Assembly: GCF_006345805.1 (NCBI RefSeq)
Contig: NC_043003.1
Location: forward strand, 98,704,001-98,768,000
DNA from: Octopus sinensis
Lineage: Eukaryota
Length of the DNA stretch: 64,000 bases
Reading direction: 5' to 3'
The notes below the pieces were generated by a model. The model saw nothing but the letters and a program-made list of their open reading frames with translations, ran no database searches and was not told the origin of the DNA. Shown here piece by piece: positions 43,677 through 55,498 of this stretch. How positions within the stretch are numbered: the first letter of the stretch is position 1; each line of letters starts with the position of its first letter. Both the position numbers and the translations under genes were made by a program.

Positions 43677-44138
43677 TGGCCTCCGACCAGCGCCGTGACA
43701 ACATCGTTGTCCTTGTTCGCCGTTAAGGCATTTTTTCCAAAATACGCCAGCCAAACTTGTTTGCACTGTTATTAGTCGTAAGACACCTGCTGTTTTTACC
43801 ATTATTGCTTTTGTATTTCATGTTTTTGTATTTCATTATTGTTTTTTTTGTTTTTTATATTCGTGTGGCACCGTCTGTTTTGCTGTCCCTGTATTCGTAT
43901 GCATTCGATCCTTCTTCCAGGAAATCTACGCTCCTAGCTTAGTTTTTCTAATGCTCGTTGCTTAGTTTTTCCTGGAGGGCTGGCCGGATCTAGTAATCTC
44001 AAGATTAATCAGCCGAAATTACTACGATGATCCGGTTCTTGACTGAAGACTGAGGGCTTCGAATGTCCTGTCTGTGTTTGTTGTATCGTCTTCTAAGTGT
44101 TATGCGTTCTTGTCCCAGTTTGTATTTTTCTACATATC

Positions 44139-44142
<4 letters not shown>
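43677..44142 (+). mobile_element. Family F ~465-bp (TA)n-flanked non-coding element with permuted hammerhead-like motif
   Basis: (TA)n both sides; 3' end repeated at 4324-4392; stems and cores at 43984-44053. Confidence 0.65.
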
Positions 44143-44187
<45 letters not shown>

Positions 44188-44190
<3 letters not shown>

Positions 44191-44367
44191 TGATCCAAAC
44201 ATGAAAACACAAAGAGAAAACACAACAACGCGAGGACGTGGAACAAATATAGTATTATTGGACGCTCAGGAAGGCAGGGAAGAAGGAGGGTTTAACGTTT
44301 CGAGCGGAGCTCTTCGTTAGAAACATAGGAGAAGAAAAGATCCAGAGAAGGGAAGACGGAGGAAAAT
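44188..44367 (-). mobile_element. Family D element
   Basis: Matches 41372-41550; motif at 44290-44324 with core decayed to CTAACGA. Confidence 0.78.
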
Positions 44368-45117
44368 ATATATATGTCAAGGAAAATGAGCCGTAGAACT
44401 TATGTTTTTAAATCTTATTCTTATTCCATCTTTCCCTCTCACCGAACTGCAATGTTATACCAACGACAAAATAGAAATGAAATAGATTCCTGACAAAAGG
44501 ATTCTGTCCCTTCGAATAAAAATAAGTAACTGTAGCGCACGGGCTTAAATCTTTCGAAAAGTTGCTTAAATAACGCAGTATGTATGTAGTTGATAGCTAG
44601 GGTACGTATAATATTCTCAAGGAAAGCTCGTCGATAATACTTCCAATTTTGACATTTTGGTGCGTTACTAAATCTGTAAAAGTAAATACGTTTTGTCGAA
44701 AACATAAGTATTTGATTAGGGGGATATATTGTTGCATGAATTTTAAGCAAAAGGAATGTTGTCCTTATGTCTTGGTTTCTTTCTTTCTATGCAATGGCAA
44801 AACGTGTCGAAATACAGACATGAAATATGTAAGTGAATAAGCGTATATGCGTGTATGTGTGTGTCTGCATGTGTGTAGGTGTATGTGTGTGTTTGTATTC
44901 CTGTATTTATGTACAAGTATGCATGCATATACATTCATGTACGAATGTAGATAGAAATATATTCACGTATATGCATAACTATATATATACATATACATCT
45001 CTCACTATGTATATATACACAAATGAATATGTATGTATGTATAAATATATATATGTGTGTGTGTGTCTGTGTGTGCGTGTGTGTATAATATATATATACA
45101 TATATACATATATATAA

Positions 45118-45153
<36 letters not shown>

Positions 45154-45236
45154 TCACACACACACATGTAAATCTCTACATATATATGCATATATATACA
45201 AAGTAATATAATAAAAAATACAATATAATATAAAAT

Positions 45237-45312
<76 letters not shown>

Positions 45313-45894
45313 GCTTGGATGGGTATCTATTTTTATAAAAACTGCACAAGCCCCCGTGCATTTATTGGCATTTCTGTACTTAAAACACAGAGTTGCATGT
45401 TTCTCATACGAACGAATGTCTAAACGATTAAGTATAAAAAGGGGCTCTCTGTTCTGCGAAAGCTTTACACATGATGACCCGCAGACATATAAGCGTATAT
45501 AAATAACACATACATCACATGCATACGGAAACAAAGTCACTCTGACACACGTTTATGGCATAGAAACGCGTTAACTCGAAAACATAAATAGACACGTATA
45601 AACCATATGTCTATGTGTGAGTGCCTGTCTGAGTTTGTATATACTTCAGCCAGTTTTAGAGTGCTTTTCTGTGAGACGTTACTAGTGTATAAACGGAGGG
45701 AGAAGTATACTTGTGAAACACATGTCTGTATATTATCTCGATACAACACACCGCACTTGATATTTGATTTTTTTTTTTAAATCAAAAATCTACTTCGTAA
45801 TTAGTTGAACAATTATTTAGCGATTCTAAACTTAGTGTCAAGCAAATAATCTTCTCTATATATTTTGTTGTCTAACTTGTATCTCTTATCCTTC

Positions 45895-46332
45895 ACTTAT
45901 TTCAGTCATTAGACTGCGGCCATGCAGGGGCAGCGCCTAGGAGAATTTTCTCTTTTCTCTCGAATGGATCGAACCCCAGTACTATATTTTTAAGTCTGGT
46001 AACTTATTCTATCGATCATACATGCATATTCATGTACGTATGTAGATAGACATATACTTACGTATATGTCTGTAGAACCGCTAAGTTACGGGGAGGTAAA
46101 CTCACCGACACTGGTGGTGGGTAAAACGCACATACACATACATACTCAAACATACACACACATACATACTCACACACATATACGATGGGCTTTTAGCAGT
46201 GTCCGTCTACCATATCCACTCACAAGGGTGTGGTTGACCCGGGGCCATAGTAGAAGACATATGGTGCCACGCAGTGAGACTGATCCTGGAACCATGCGAT
46301 TAGGAAGCAAGCTTCTTACGACACGGCCACAC
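45895..46332 (-). mobile_element. SINE group C, diverged full-length
   Basis: Tail TTTCAGTCATTAGACTGCGGCCATGC; internal CA repeat; head CACGCAGTGAGACTGA...AAGCAAGCTTCTTA. Confidence 0.82.
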
Positions 46333-46470
46333 ATATATGTGGTTATGTATAATACAACATATATTAATGGACATAGCTCGACGGAATGGCTAAGAATTTC
46401 TTGTGACTTATTTTTGGTCCGATCCAAGGTTTGTAAATGAAATTGGGTGGAAAGAAACTGTAGAAATAGC

Positions 46471-47047
46471 TTTGTCAAACGTTGTTTTTCGTTGTCAAAC
46501 GTTGTTTTTCGTTGACAAACGTTGTTTTTCGTTGACAAACGTTGTTTTTCGTTGACAAACGTTGTTTTTCGTTGACAAACGTTGTTTTTCGTTGATAAAC
46601 GATGTTTTTCGTTGACAAACGTTGTTTTTCGTTGACAAACGTTGTTTTTCGTTGACAAACGTTGTTTTTCGTTGATAAACGTTGTTTTTCGTTGATAAAC
46701 GTTGTTTTTCGTTGACAAACGTTGTTTTTCGTTGATAAACGTTGTTTTTCGTTGACAAACGTTGTTTTTCGTTGATAAACGTTGTTTTTCGTTGATAAAC
46801 GTTGTTTTTCGTTGACAAACGTTGTTTTTCGTTGATAAACGTTGTTTTTCGTTGACAAACGTTGTTTTTCGTTGACAAACGTTGTTTTTCGTTGACAAAC
46901 GCTGTTTTTCGTTGACAAACGCTGTTTTTCGTTGATAAACGTTGTTTTTCGTTGACAAACGTTGTTTTTCGTTGATAAACGTTGTTTTTCGTTGACAAAC
47001 GTTATTTTTCGTTGATAAACGCTGTTTTTCGTTGTTTTTCGTTGACT
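46471..47047. repeat. 20-bp minisatellite, about 28 copies
   Basis: Unit GTTGTTTTTCGTTGA(C/T)AAAC. Confidence 0.97.
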
Positions 47048-47369
47048 GTAGAATACTCAGGCACTTATATGCTAATTCAATGAGCAGCAAATTCACTTAA
47101 TCGAAAAATTGAATCTTCATCCCCAAAAGTAACACATGCATTTATTTACATACATTAAGTCCCGCTGTTTATACCTATACATATACACATGCATACGCCC
47201 GTGCACACACGCGCACATACATACGCCCACGCTCACGCACAGGTACATACTCACGCACACATATATATATATTAATATTTGTTTTTATGTTCAGTTATAA
47301 AAACAATTTTACACTAATATGATGGGTTACTCTATGCATTTGGTGAGTACATTCTTTTATTCTTTTATT

Positions 47370-47565
47370 CATTTACTCGTTTCAGTCATTTGACTGCAGC
47401 CATGCTGGTGCACCACTTCAATGGGTTTTAGTCGAAGAAATTGAACTCAGGTCTTATTTTTTGTAAGGCTAGTACTTTTTCGACCGGTCTCTTTTGCTGA
47501 ACCGCTAGAATACGAGGACATAAATATACCACTATCGGTTGTCAAGCGAATTCGGGGGCACACAG
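47370..47565 (-). mobile_element. SINE group C 3' half
   Basis: TTTCAGTCATTTGACTGCAGCCATGCTGG...CTTTTGCTGAACCGCTA...TCGGTTGTCAAGC. Confidence 0.8.
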
Positions 47566-47589
47566 TCAAATATATATATATTTGACTGT

Positions 47590-48880
47590 GTGCCCCCGAA
47601 TTTTCTTCGTGTAGTGGCGCTGAATCGCCTCTAGTTCAGCAATTAGTTTTACGCTCTGCAGTGACCAAAGTTTGGAGCAGTAGTCCAGACGACTGAGGAC
47701 AAAGGTCCTCCGAAGTAGTAGCATTGTGTCTCTGTTCCTGGTATTGAAGGATCTCAGGATCCAACCTGCCACCCGCTTGCGTAGTGCTGCGATCTGAGCA
47801 ATAGGCACATGGAAATTTGCGTCGTTTCTCATGTGGATTCCCAGGTCGCACACCGACTCTAACTCTAGGACTACAATGCTCGCTGGTCCCGTATATTTCA
47901 GTTGTAGTTAGTTTGTGGGTCGATAGCGAAGTGCTTGAAACTTTGCGGCATTGAACTGTATATCATTCTTACCTGCCCACTTATATATTGCGTTCAGGTC
48001 ATTCTGTAGTCTTGGAATGTCAGTGGGATCCTTGACTGCCTGCGATGCTTTTGTATTATCGACGTAGCTGGTGAGTGTGACTGACCCTATGGCTGAGGGC
48101 ATGTCCTAGAGAACAAATACAAACAGTAGTGGTCCCTGCAGTGTTCCCTGGGAAACTCCGTTGAGGATTGGTGTCACTCCAGAAAGAGCAGCTTTTGCAG
48201 TGACAGCCTGGCTTCTGTTCTTCAAGAAATCATGCAGCCACGCTCCCAGTCTTCCAGAGCTACCGAGATCTCGAAATTTGTGACATATCGTTCCATGATC
48301 GACTTTATCAGAGGCCTTGGAAAAGTTGAGATATATCACAACCACATTTGAATGGTTAAGTTGTTGTTTTAGTACCCAGTCGAAGTGCCGTAGTAACTGT
48401 GTTAGGTAGCTCCTTCCAGGACGGAAGCCATGTTGCGAGAGTGTAAGCAAGTCATTCCTTCGACGAACGTGGTCAGAATTTTTCTGACAATGCGTTCCAT
48501 GATCTTGCTAACAAGTAAGATCAGAGAGATAGGCCTGTAGTTTATAGCATCAACTCTGCTTCCTCCTTTTTGGACAGGGAAGATTATTCCTTCTTTTAAC
48601 ATTTGAGGAAATGTGCCGCATGCAAGGGTATTATGGAAAATAATTTGCAGTGATTTTGCAAGAGCTTTCTTGCATGTTTTTAACAGAATTGCTGGGAATC
48701 CATCTGAGCCTGCTGCAGAGTTTGAGTTTATCTCGTCAATGGCCGATAATACATCTTTTGTAATGTCAATGTAATTGATGGTCGCCTTGTAGGTTAGAGG
48801 TGTTGAAGAACTCGTCAGGCCTGCTTATTTTCACGTTTCCCAGTGGAGAGATGAAAACACATTTGAATTGTTTATTGAGT
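47590..48880 (-). mobile_element. CR1-group LINE reverse transcriptase region, decayed
   Basis: NYRPISL, QHGFRPGRS, YLNFSKASDKVDH, GVSQGTLQGPLLF, YVDNTK, LQNDL..WA..N..FN..K, DLGI, SRLDYCS.LWS. Confidence 0.92.
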
Positions 48881-48904
48881 GCTTCATGATATATATATAT
48901 ATAT

Positions 48905-49100
48905 AAACAGAAGACAAAAGACGAAAGCAGGTGAAGGAATAACAAGCAGCTGTATTAGTTTGACGCTCGGAAAGAATGGAAGAGTCTTTCACATTTCGAG
49001 TTTACACTCTTCCACAGAAAGGATTGAAAGGAACAATATGGAGAAAGAACGAAAAAAAGGAGAGAGAAGAATGTATAGGGATTAACGGTCCAACATGATG
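48905..49100 (-). mobile_element. Family E element, diverged
   Basis: Minus CTTT-CTGTGGA-A-GAGT.GTAA.ACTC-GAAA-TGTG-AAAG at 48986-49021. Confidence 0.68.
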
Positions 49101-49115
49101 AAATGCATATGTATG

Positions 49116-49155
<40 letters not shown>

Positions 49156-49346
49156 TATGTATGTATATATATGTATGTATGTGTGTGTGTGTTTACATAG
49201 GAAAGGTTTAGACCATCGGTGATCTAATCTAATAGGTACGCTGTGTGAGCGCTCCAATTGGTAAGCTACTGGGATCCAAGTTCACAACGCGGGCTGGTGT
49301 TGGGGATTCGTGGCCTACTTCTGAGTCAGTGGGTAATTTATGTGTG

Positions 49347-49396
<50 letters not shown>

Positions 49397-49751
49397 AAAG
49401 GGACAAAGAAATTCTCTCATGGAACTTGAACACTTGAAGCATCAGTCTGTCGCATACACGACGACAACCTCTATGGATTAAATCAAAGAAATCTTCAACA
49501 AATTAATTAGTTAAATGAGCAATCATAAATGTTTCCCTAGATAAATTAACCGTTATTACATTCCGGTATATCACATGAGGATCTCAGTCAAAATGCCTTC
49601 AACCACTATTTGATACGATGTCCCAAATACTAATTACCTCGCTCTAATATTACAACAAATTTCAATGACTATAACATAGAGTAATTTGCGGAATTGAATT
49701 TGTAATTATCTATATCATAAACAGTTACGATTTAACAATGTTATAAATATA

Positions 49752-50136
49752 CAGGGCTGGTGAAAAGTCACAGATAGTAAATCAAAGCCATTTAATTCTA
49801 AGATTTAAACAAAAAAATTATTTTATATAAGACTTCACGAATAGATATATATAGACAAGTGTTGAAAAAACAAAAACGGTAATTTTAACTCACAGCGTTA
49901 GGGTTGGTCAAAAGTCACCTGACAGTAAATCAAAACCACTTAATTCTAAGATTAAAACAAAAAATTATTTTATATGAGACTTCACTAATAGATAGACAAG
50001 TGTTGAAAAAAAACCGGTGATTTTAACTCACAGCGTTTAATTATCAAACATTCATAATTAGAATGAATAAATAAAATTGAATATTAAGTATGTATGGAGT
50101 TTTGATTTACTGTTGGGTGACTTTTGGCCAACACTG
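49752..50136. mobile_element. Tc1-type MITE with duplicated left end
   Basis: TA-CAGGGCTGGTGAAAAGTCAC ... GTGACTTTTGGCCAACACTG-TA; 49753-49899 repeated at 49900-50037. Confidence 0.8.
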
Positions 50137-50406
50137 TATGTTACATCCAAGACATTTGCAGCTTCTCAATGTCGGTTGGATTGCCGGATATATTACATGA
50201 TATGAGGTGAATTGACTGTTAGTTTATGGAAATATACATCTTTAAGGGCATAAAGTGACAGGTTATTAATCCAGAATTGCTGCAGTGTAATCCCTAACAA
50301 GATCGTCTCTTATATGCGATTCAACTACCTCAAAAAACTTCCGTTCAGATTTTATTTTCCCTGACATAGATCATACTATTTTTCACGATAAACACACACA
50401 CACACA

Positions 50407-50456
<50 letters not shown>

Positions 50457-50659
50457 CCATATAATGTTTTAAGTAAGTTTAGCAGATGGTGAAAGCATAA
50501 TATGCATTTCAATGCATGATATGTTCTTCCGAAGTGTGGAACATCACTCCAGTTATTTTAACTAACTCCTTTTTAAAACATAGTCCTTATCCTTTTTCAC
50601 TTATTGCAGAGATTGATTTTAATTATTTTTATTTCACATTTACAATGTTTTATTATATA

Positions 50660-50755
<96 letters not shown>

Positions 50756-50758
<3 letters not shown>

Positions 50759-50955
50759 GACGCCATGATAGATCGTTAGCTTCTATACGCATTTTTTCTC
50801 TCCTTGTTTTTTTTCTGTGTATCTTTCTGTCGAAGAGCGTAAGCTCGAAAAGTAAAAGACTTGTTCTATTTCTATTCCTGAGCGCTATACTAATACATTT
50901 GTTTGTTTGTACTACACCTGTCTTCGTCTTTTGTTTATTTTCGTAAACTTTCCCG
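50756..50955 (+). mobile_element. Family E element
   Basis: CTTT-CTGTCGA-A-GAGC.GTAA.GCTC-GAAA-AGTA-AAAG at 50823-50858. Confidence 0.72.
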
Positions 50956-51151
50956 ACCGCGTTTGTACCATTGGCGATTTTTTTCCTCTGTCTTTTCTTC
51001 TCTGAATCTTTTCTTCTCCTATGTTTCCGACGAAGAGCTCCGCTCGAAACGTTAAACCCTCCTTCTTTCCTTCTTTCCTGAGCGTCCAATAATACTATAT
51101 TTGTTCCACGTCCTCGCGTTGTTGTGTTTTTTTTGTGCTTTCATGTTTGGA

Positions 51152-51157
<6 letters not shown>
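50956..51157 (+). mobile_element. Family D element fused directly after family E
   Basis: Motif at 51023-51057; no spacer between E end and D start. Confidence 0.78.
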
Positions 51158-51208
<51 letters not shown>

Positions 51209-51209
<1 letters not shown>

Positions 51210-51421
51210 TCTTTTACTCTTTTACTTGTTTCAGTCATCTGACTGCGGCCATGCTGGAGCACCGCCTTTAGTCGAGCAAATCGACCCCGGGACTTATTCT
51301 TTGTAAGCCCAGTACTTATTCTATCGGTCACTTTTGCCGAACCGCTAAGTGACGGGGACGTAAACACACCAGCATCGGTTGTCAAGCAATGCTAGGGGGA
51401 CAAACACATACACACAAACAT

Positions 51422-51458
<37 letters not shown>

Positions 51459-51622
51459 CGACAGGCTTCTTTCAGTTTCCGTCTACCAAATCCACTCACA
51501 AGGCATTGGTCGGCCCGGGGCTATAGCAGAAGACACTTGCCCAAGATGCCACGCAGTGGGACTGAACCCGGAACCATGTGGCTGGTTAGCAAACTACTTA
51601 CTACACAGCCACTCCTGCGCCT
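51209..51622 (-). mobile_element. SINE group C, best-preserved full-length copy with internal (TA)/(TG) microsatellite
   Basis: Head AGGCGCAGGAGTGGCTGTGTAGTAAG...GGGTTCAGTCCC; CORE-like TTGGGCAAGTG; tail (AAAAGAGT)n. Confidence 0.92.
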
Positions 51623-52401
51623 ATATATTTATACATACATACATACATACATACATACATACATACATACATACATACATACATACATGCATACATATAC
51701 AAACACACGTACAGCAGCATACACAGAAACGACCGAATACATTTACATAAATACAAAAACACATGTACATACATGGTCACGTGCTCTAAATCACATGCAT
51801 AATAAAAACAAGACAATATGTATGCGCTTATGGTTTGAATGATTTGAATGATTTGAATGTAATGCAGATGATATAACTGACAAGTTGTTTTAATAACTTT
51901 GAATAAAAATATGCACGACGTGCGACTGTACTTTTGTAGTTAGATGCGTGTGTAAAAGCTATGCTTAAAATATTTATCAGCCCTGTGTGAAACGTAAGAT
52001 AGTTAAATAGTAGAGAGAGGTGTGAGATGTCTTATGAACGTAGGACGAAAGGCATAACCTCCGCCTGGAAATGTGATTTTTACCGAGATGTTAAATCAAG
52101 GCCTTTCTTTTTAACAAACAGTTTTGAAGGTTCCCTTTATCTTTAATCACGAAAACAGTTTCTTTAATACCTGTCAACTCCAATTAAAACTATCGATAGG
52201 CCAGTTGGTTATGTTCAGGTGTGCATTGTAGCTAGCTTTGATCAGAATGATCAAATATAGTAATGTTAACCGCAAGCGAATTATACTTTTATCGAAGCTG
52301 CTCTCAGTTCAAATCCGGAGAATGATCTGCTATAAGAATTTCCTCGCAACGTGTTTGTTTTTATGGCAACGAATGAAATCAAGAAACGTATGTGTATATG
52401 C

Positions 52402-52444
<43 letters not shown>

Positions 52445-52691
52445 TGTGTGTGTGGTGTGTGCAGGTGGGGTGGGGTGTATGTCTGTTCACGTTTCCGATG
52501 TATGCAACAAAATCATGTAACAATAATCATAAATTTAAGTTTGACTCAACGAAACATGAGAAAATAACATGAAATTGTTTAATTCAATTCATAAATAGTT
52601 GAAAATTTTAGAAAAGGTTTAGTGGCTATAAATATATGTGTATACATAAATATACATATATATATATATAAATATACACACACATACATTC

Positions 52692-52724
<33 letters not shown>

Positions 52725-52747
52725 TCAGTAAGTAATGGATATTTCAA

Positions 52748-52985
52748 TACCTATTTCTTTACTTCCCACAAGGGGCTAAACACAGAGGGGACAAACTAGG
52801 ACAGACAAACGGATTAAGTCGATTATATCATCGACCCCAGTGCGTAACTGGTACTTAATTAATCGACCCCGAAAGGATGAAAGGCAAAGTCGACCTGGGC
52901 GGAATTTGAACTCAGAACGTAACGGCAGACGAAATACCGCTAGCATTTCGCCCGGCCTGCTAACGTTTCTGCTAGCTCACAGCCT
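52748..52985 (-). mobile_element. SINE group A (tail A1)
   Basis: Colinear with 33544-33777. Confidence 0.9.
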
Positions 52986-53195
52986 TTATTCAATAGTTTA
53001 ATACCAGTTGATTTCACACTGTGATGTGACCAACCTACTCTGGGATCATCAACTGAAAATAACATTTTAACCTCTGCTTCCAGAGCATTCAGTACGTTAG
53101 TTCGTGTGTATCTTTATTGTGAGTTTATGGTAATTTTGGAGCCTTGGTTCAGATTTTAGCAAGTCGTATTATATACCCTACTGATTCTATATTTT

Positions 53196-53239
<44 letters not shown>

Positions 53240-53257
53240 CACATACACACATACACA

Positions 53258-53486
53258 CTTCTTTACTACCCACAAGGGGCTAAACATAGAGAGGATAAAC
53301 AAGGACAGACAAAGGGATTAAGTCGATTGCATCGACCCCAGTGCGAAACTGGTATTTTATCTATCGACCCCGAAAGGATGAAAGGCAAAGTCAACCTCGG
53401 CGGAATTTGAACTCAAAACGTAGCGACAGACGAAATACCGCTGAGCATTTCACCCGGCGCGCTAACGTTTCTGCTAGCTCGCCGCC
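53258..53486 (-). mobile_element. SINE group A (tail A1) in (CA)n
   Basis: Colinear with 33544-33777. Confidence 0.9.
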
Positions 53487-53489
53487 TAT

Positions 53490-53534
<45 letters not shown>

Positions 53535-53727
53535 ATATATATATATATATAAACATATATATACACATATATATATACATATAAGTACATATATATATAT
53601 ATATATATATACATACACATACATAGATATACATATACATTCATATACATGTATATATATATACATATGTGTACATATATAGAAATATATATACATATAT
53701 CTGTACATTATATATACAGATATGCAT

Positions 53728-53760
<33 letters not shown>

Positions 53761-55498
53761 GATGTATATATATACATATTTATTTCTAATGAATACACGC
53801 GCTGGCCAATGAGAGATCCTGTACGTGGCTAATTGCTTTGCTAGAAATTCCAGCGCAGTTATCCTCTGATCATATCCCACCATCTTAAAGAAGAATATAT
53901 TTGATAATATATGTTAGGTTCCTATGTCTCCTATACATTGCAGAACAATGAGATGATAACAACTGGAATGCTTTTGGACACAAACCTGGTTAATCAGGGC
54001 TGTGTACATATCCACACGATTGCTCACATACACGACGAATGAACATGCAGAGTAGAAAACTTTTCGCAAGTACATCATTAGAGACAATGACACATGTAGA
54101 TTAGGAAAATGTATGTTTAACATATTTACGAATGCACAGCACACTTCTTTATAACACATGCGTAACGCATAGACACACAGACACATTGACACTCATACTC
54201 AACATACACCGAGCATAGAAACAGCCCCCTCCAACCCATAAAACCACAAGAGCGATAACATATAAACGGAACAAATACAAATACCAACAGAAACGACCAG
54301 TATACCCATATTCAGACAACGTATATATATATCTATGTTGGGCATATATACATATCAGATCACACCTCATTGCATTTTCAAAAGAACATTTATGTTTGTA
54401 TATCGTTGATGTATGTATATCATTACAAATATTTATAGCTTCAATATATGAACTGCTGAAAAAAAATTATACGCCATATTGGTTTGTTTTATTACGTAGC
54501 GCGAATTATTACGTCACTGTATCTATGACATAACGTTTCTATAAACATTTTAACATAGGCACAAAGCCACACGTTCAAGGAAAATGGTTTGTCGATACTG
54601 GGCTACACAATTGTTACTTTATTCTATCGACACTATGAATGAAAGGCATAGTTGATTGTTGGGATTTGAAGTAAGTTCCAGAGGGCACAACACCTCGCTA
54701 TCCTCTCAGAAACAGTGGGCAGAGAAGATGGATGGACGACCGTTAAAACTCCGTTGATCATTTCTCAGTTGGAACAGAGCCGATCATGAGTTAAGCAACA
54801 GTAACTTAGATAAGACACACAAACTAATTGCAGATATATTATTATAAACATAGAAAAAACCAAAACTCGTGTTTGTAACTACAGCAAAATATCAACGTCA
54901 GAGTAAATTAAGAATGCTTGGAATAAGTATCTTTATTTTTCGATCGAATTTAACTTTTACAACTTCTTCCATTTTCAAATTTTCTACTCCTTGTTTATCA
55001 AATGTACCAGCGTTCCTGATGATTATGCTTTCGTTTTAATCACTGGCTCCCAACCAAATCTTGTGACCCTTCTGTTTTCCCTTCCAGATATTCTACACTA
55101 TTTCTTGTTACCCCTCTAACTCTGTGCCCTTAATATATATACATTCAGTCTTACAAGAAAATATACTGTCTCTGTGTGTCTCTGTCTCTCTCTGATGACG
55201 GCTCCATCTGGAAGTTTAGAACTTTTCTCTTCCTTAAGTTACATCATATAAATTCACCCCATATTTTCTATTGTATTTTGTGAGAAGTTTGATCTTAAGG
55301 AATCGTCTTCAAACCACTCTCCATCATCTTAAATAGGGAAGAGTATAGTAGATAATGCACTACTAATGACATGGTCTGAAGACAAAAGAGTCACGGTTAA
55401 AATGCCGTTGGACTGTTGGAATAGGGGTCAGGATGGGCGGTGGGTAAATATAATCAGAAAAACAATGTACCGTTGAAGCAATTTCTGAGGCGTTCAAT

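Noticed and set aside
46170-47096. 308-aa repetitive ORF
   Set aside because: Read-through of a 20-bp minisatellite plus SINE sequence.
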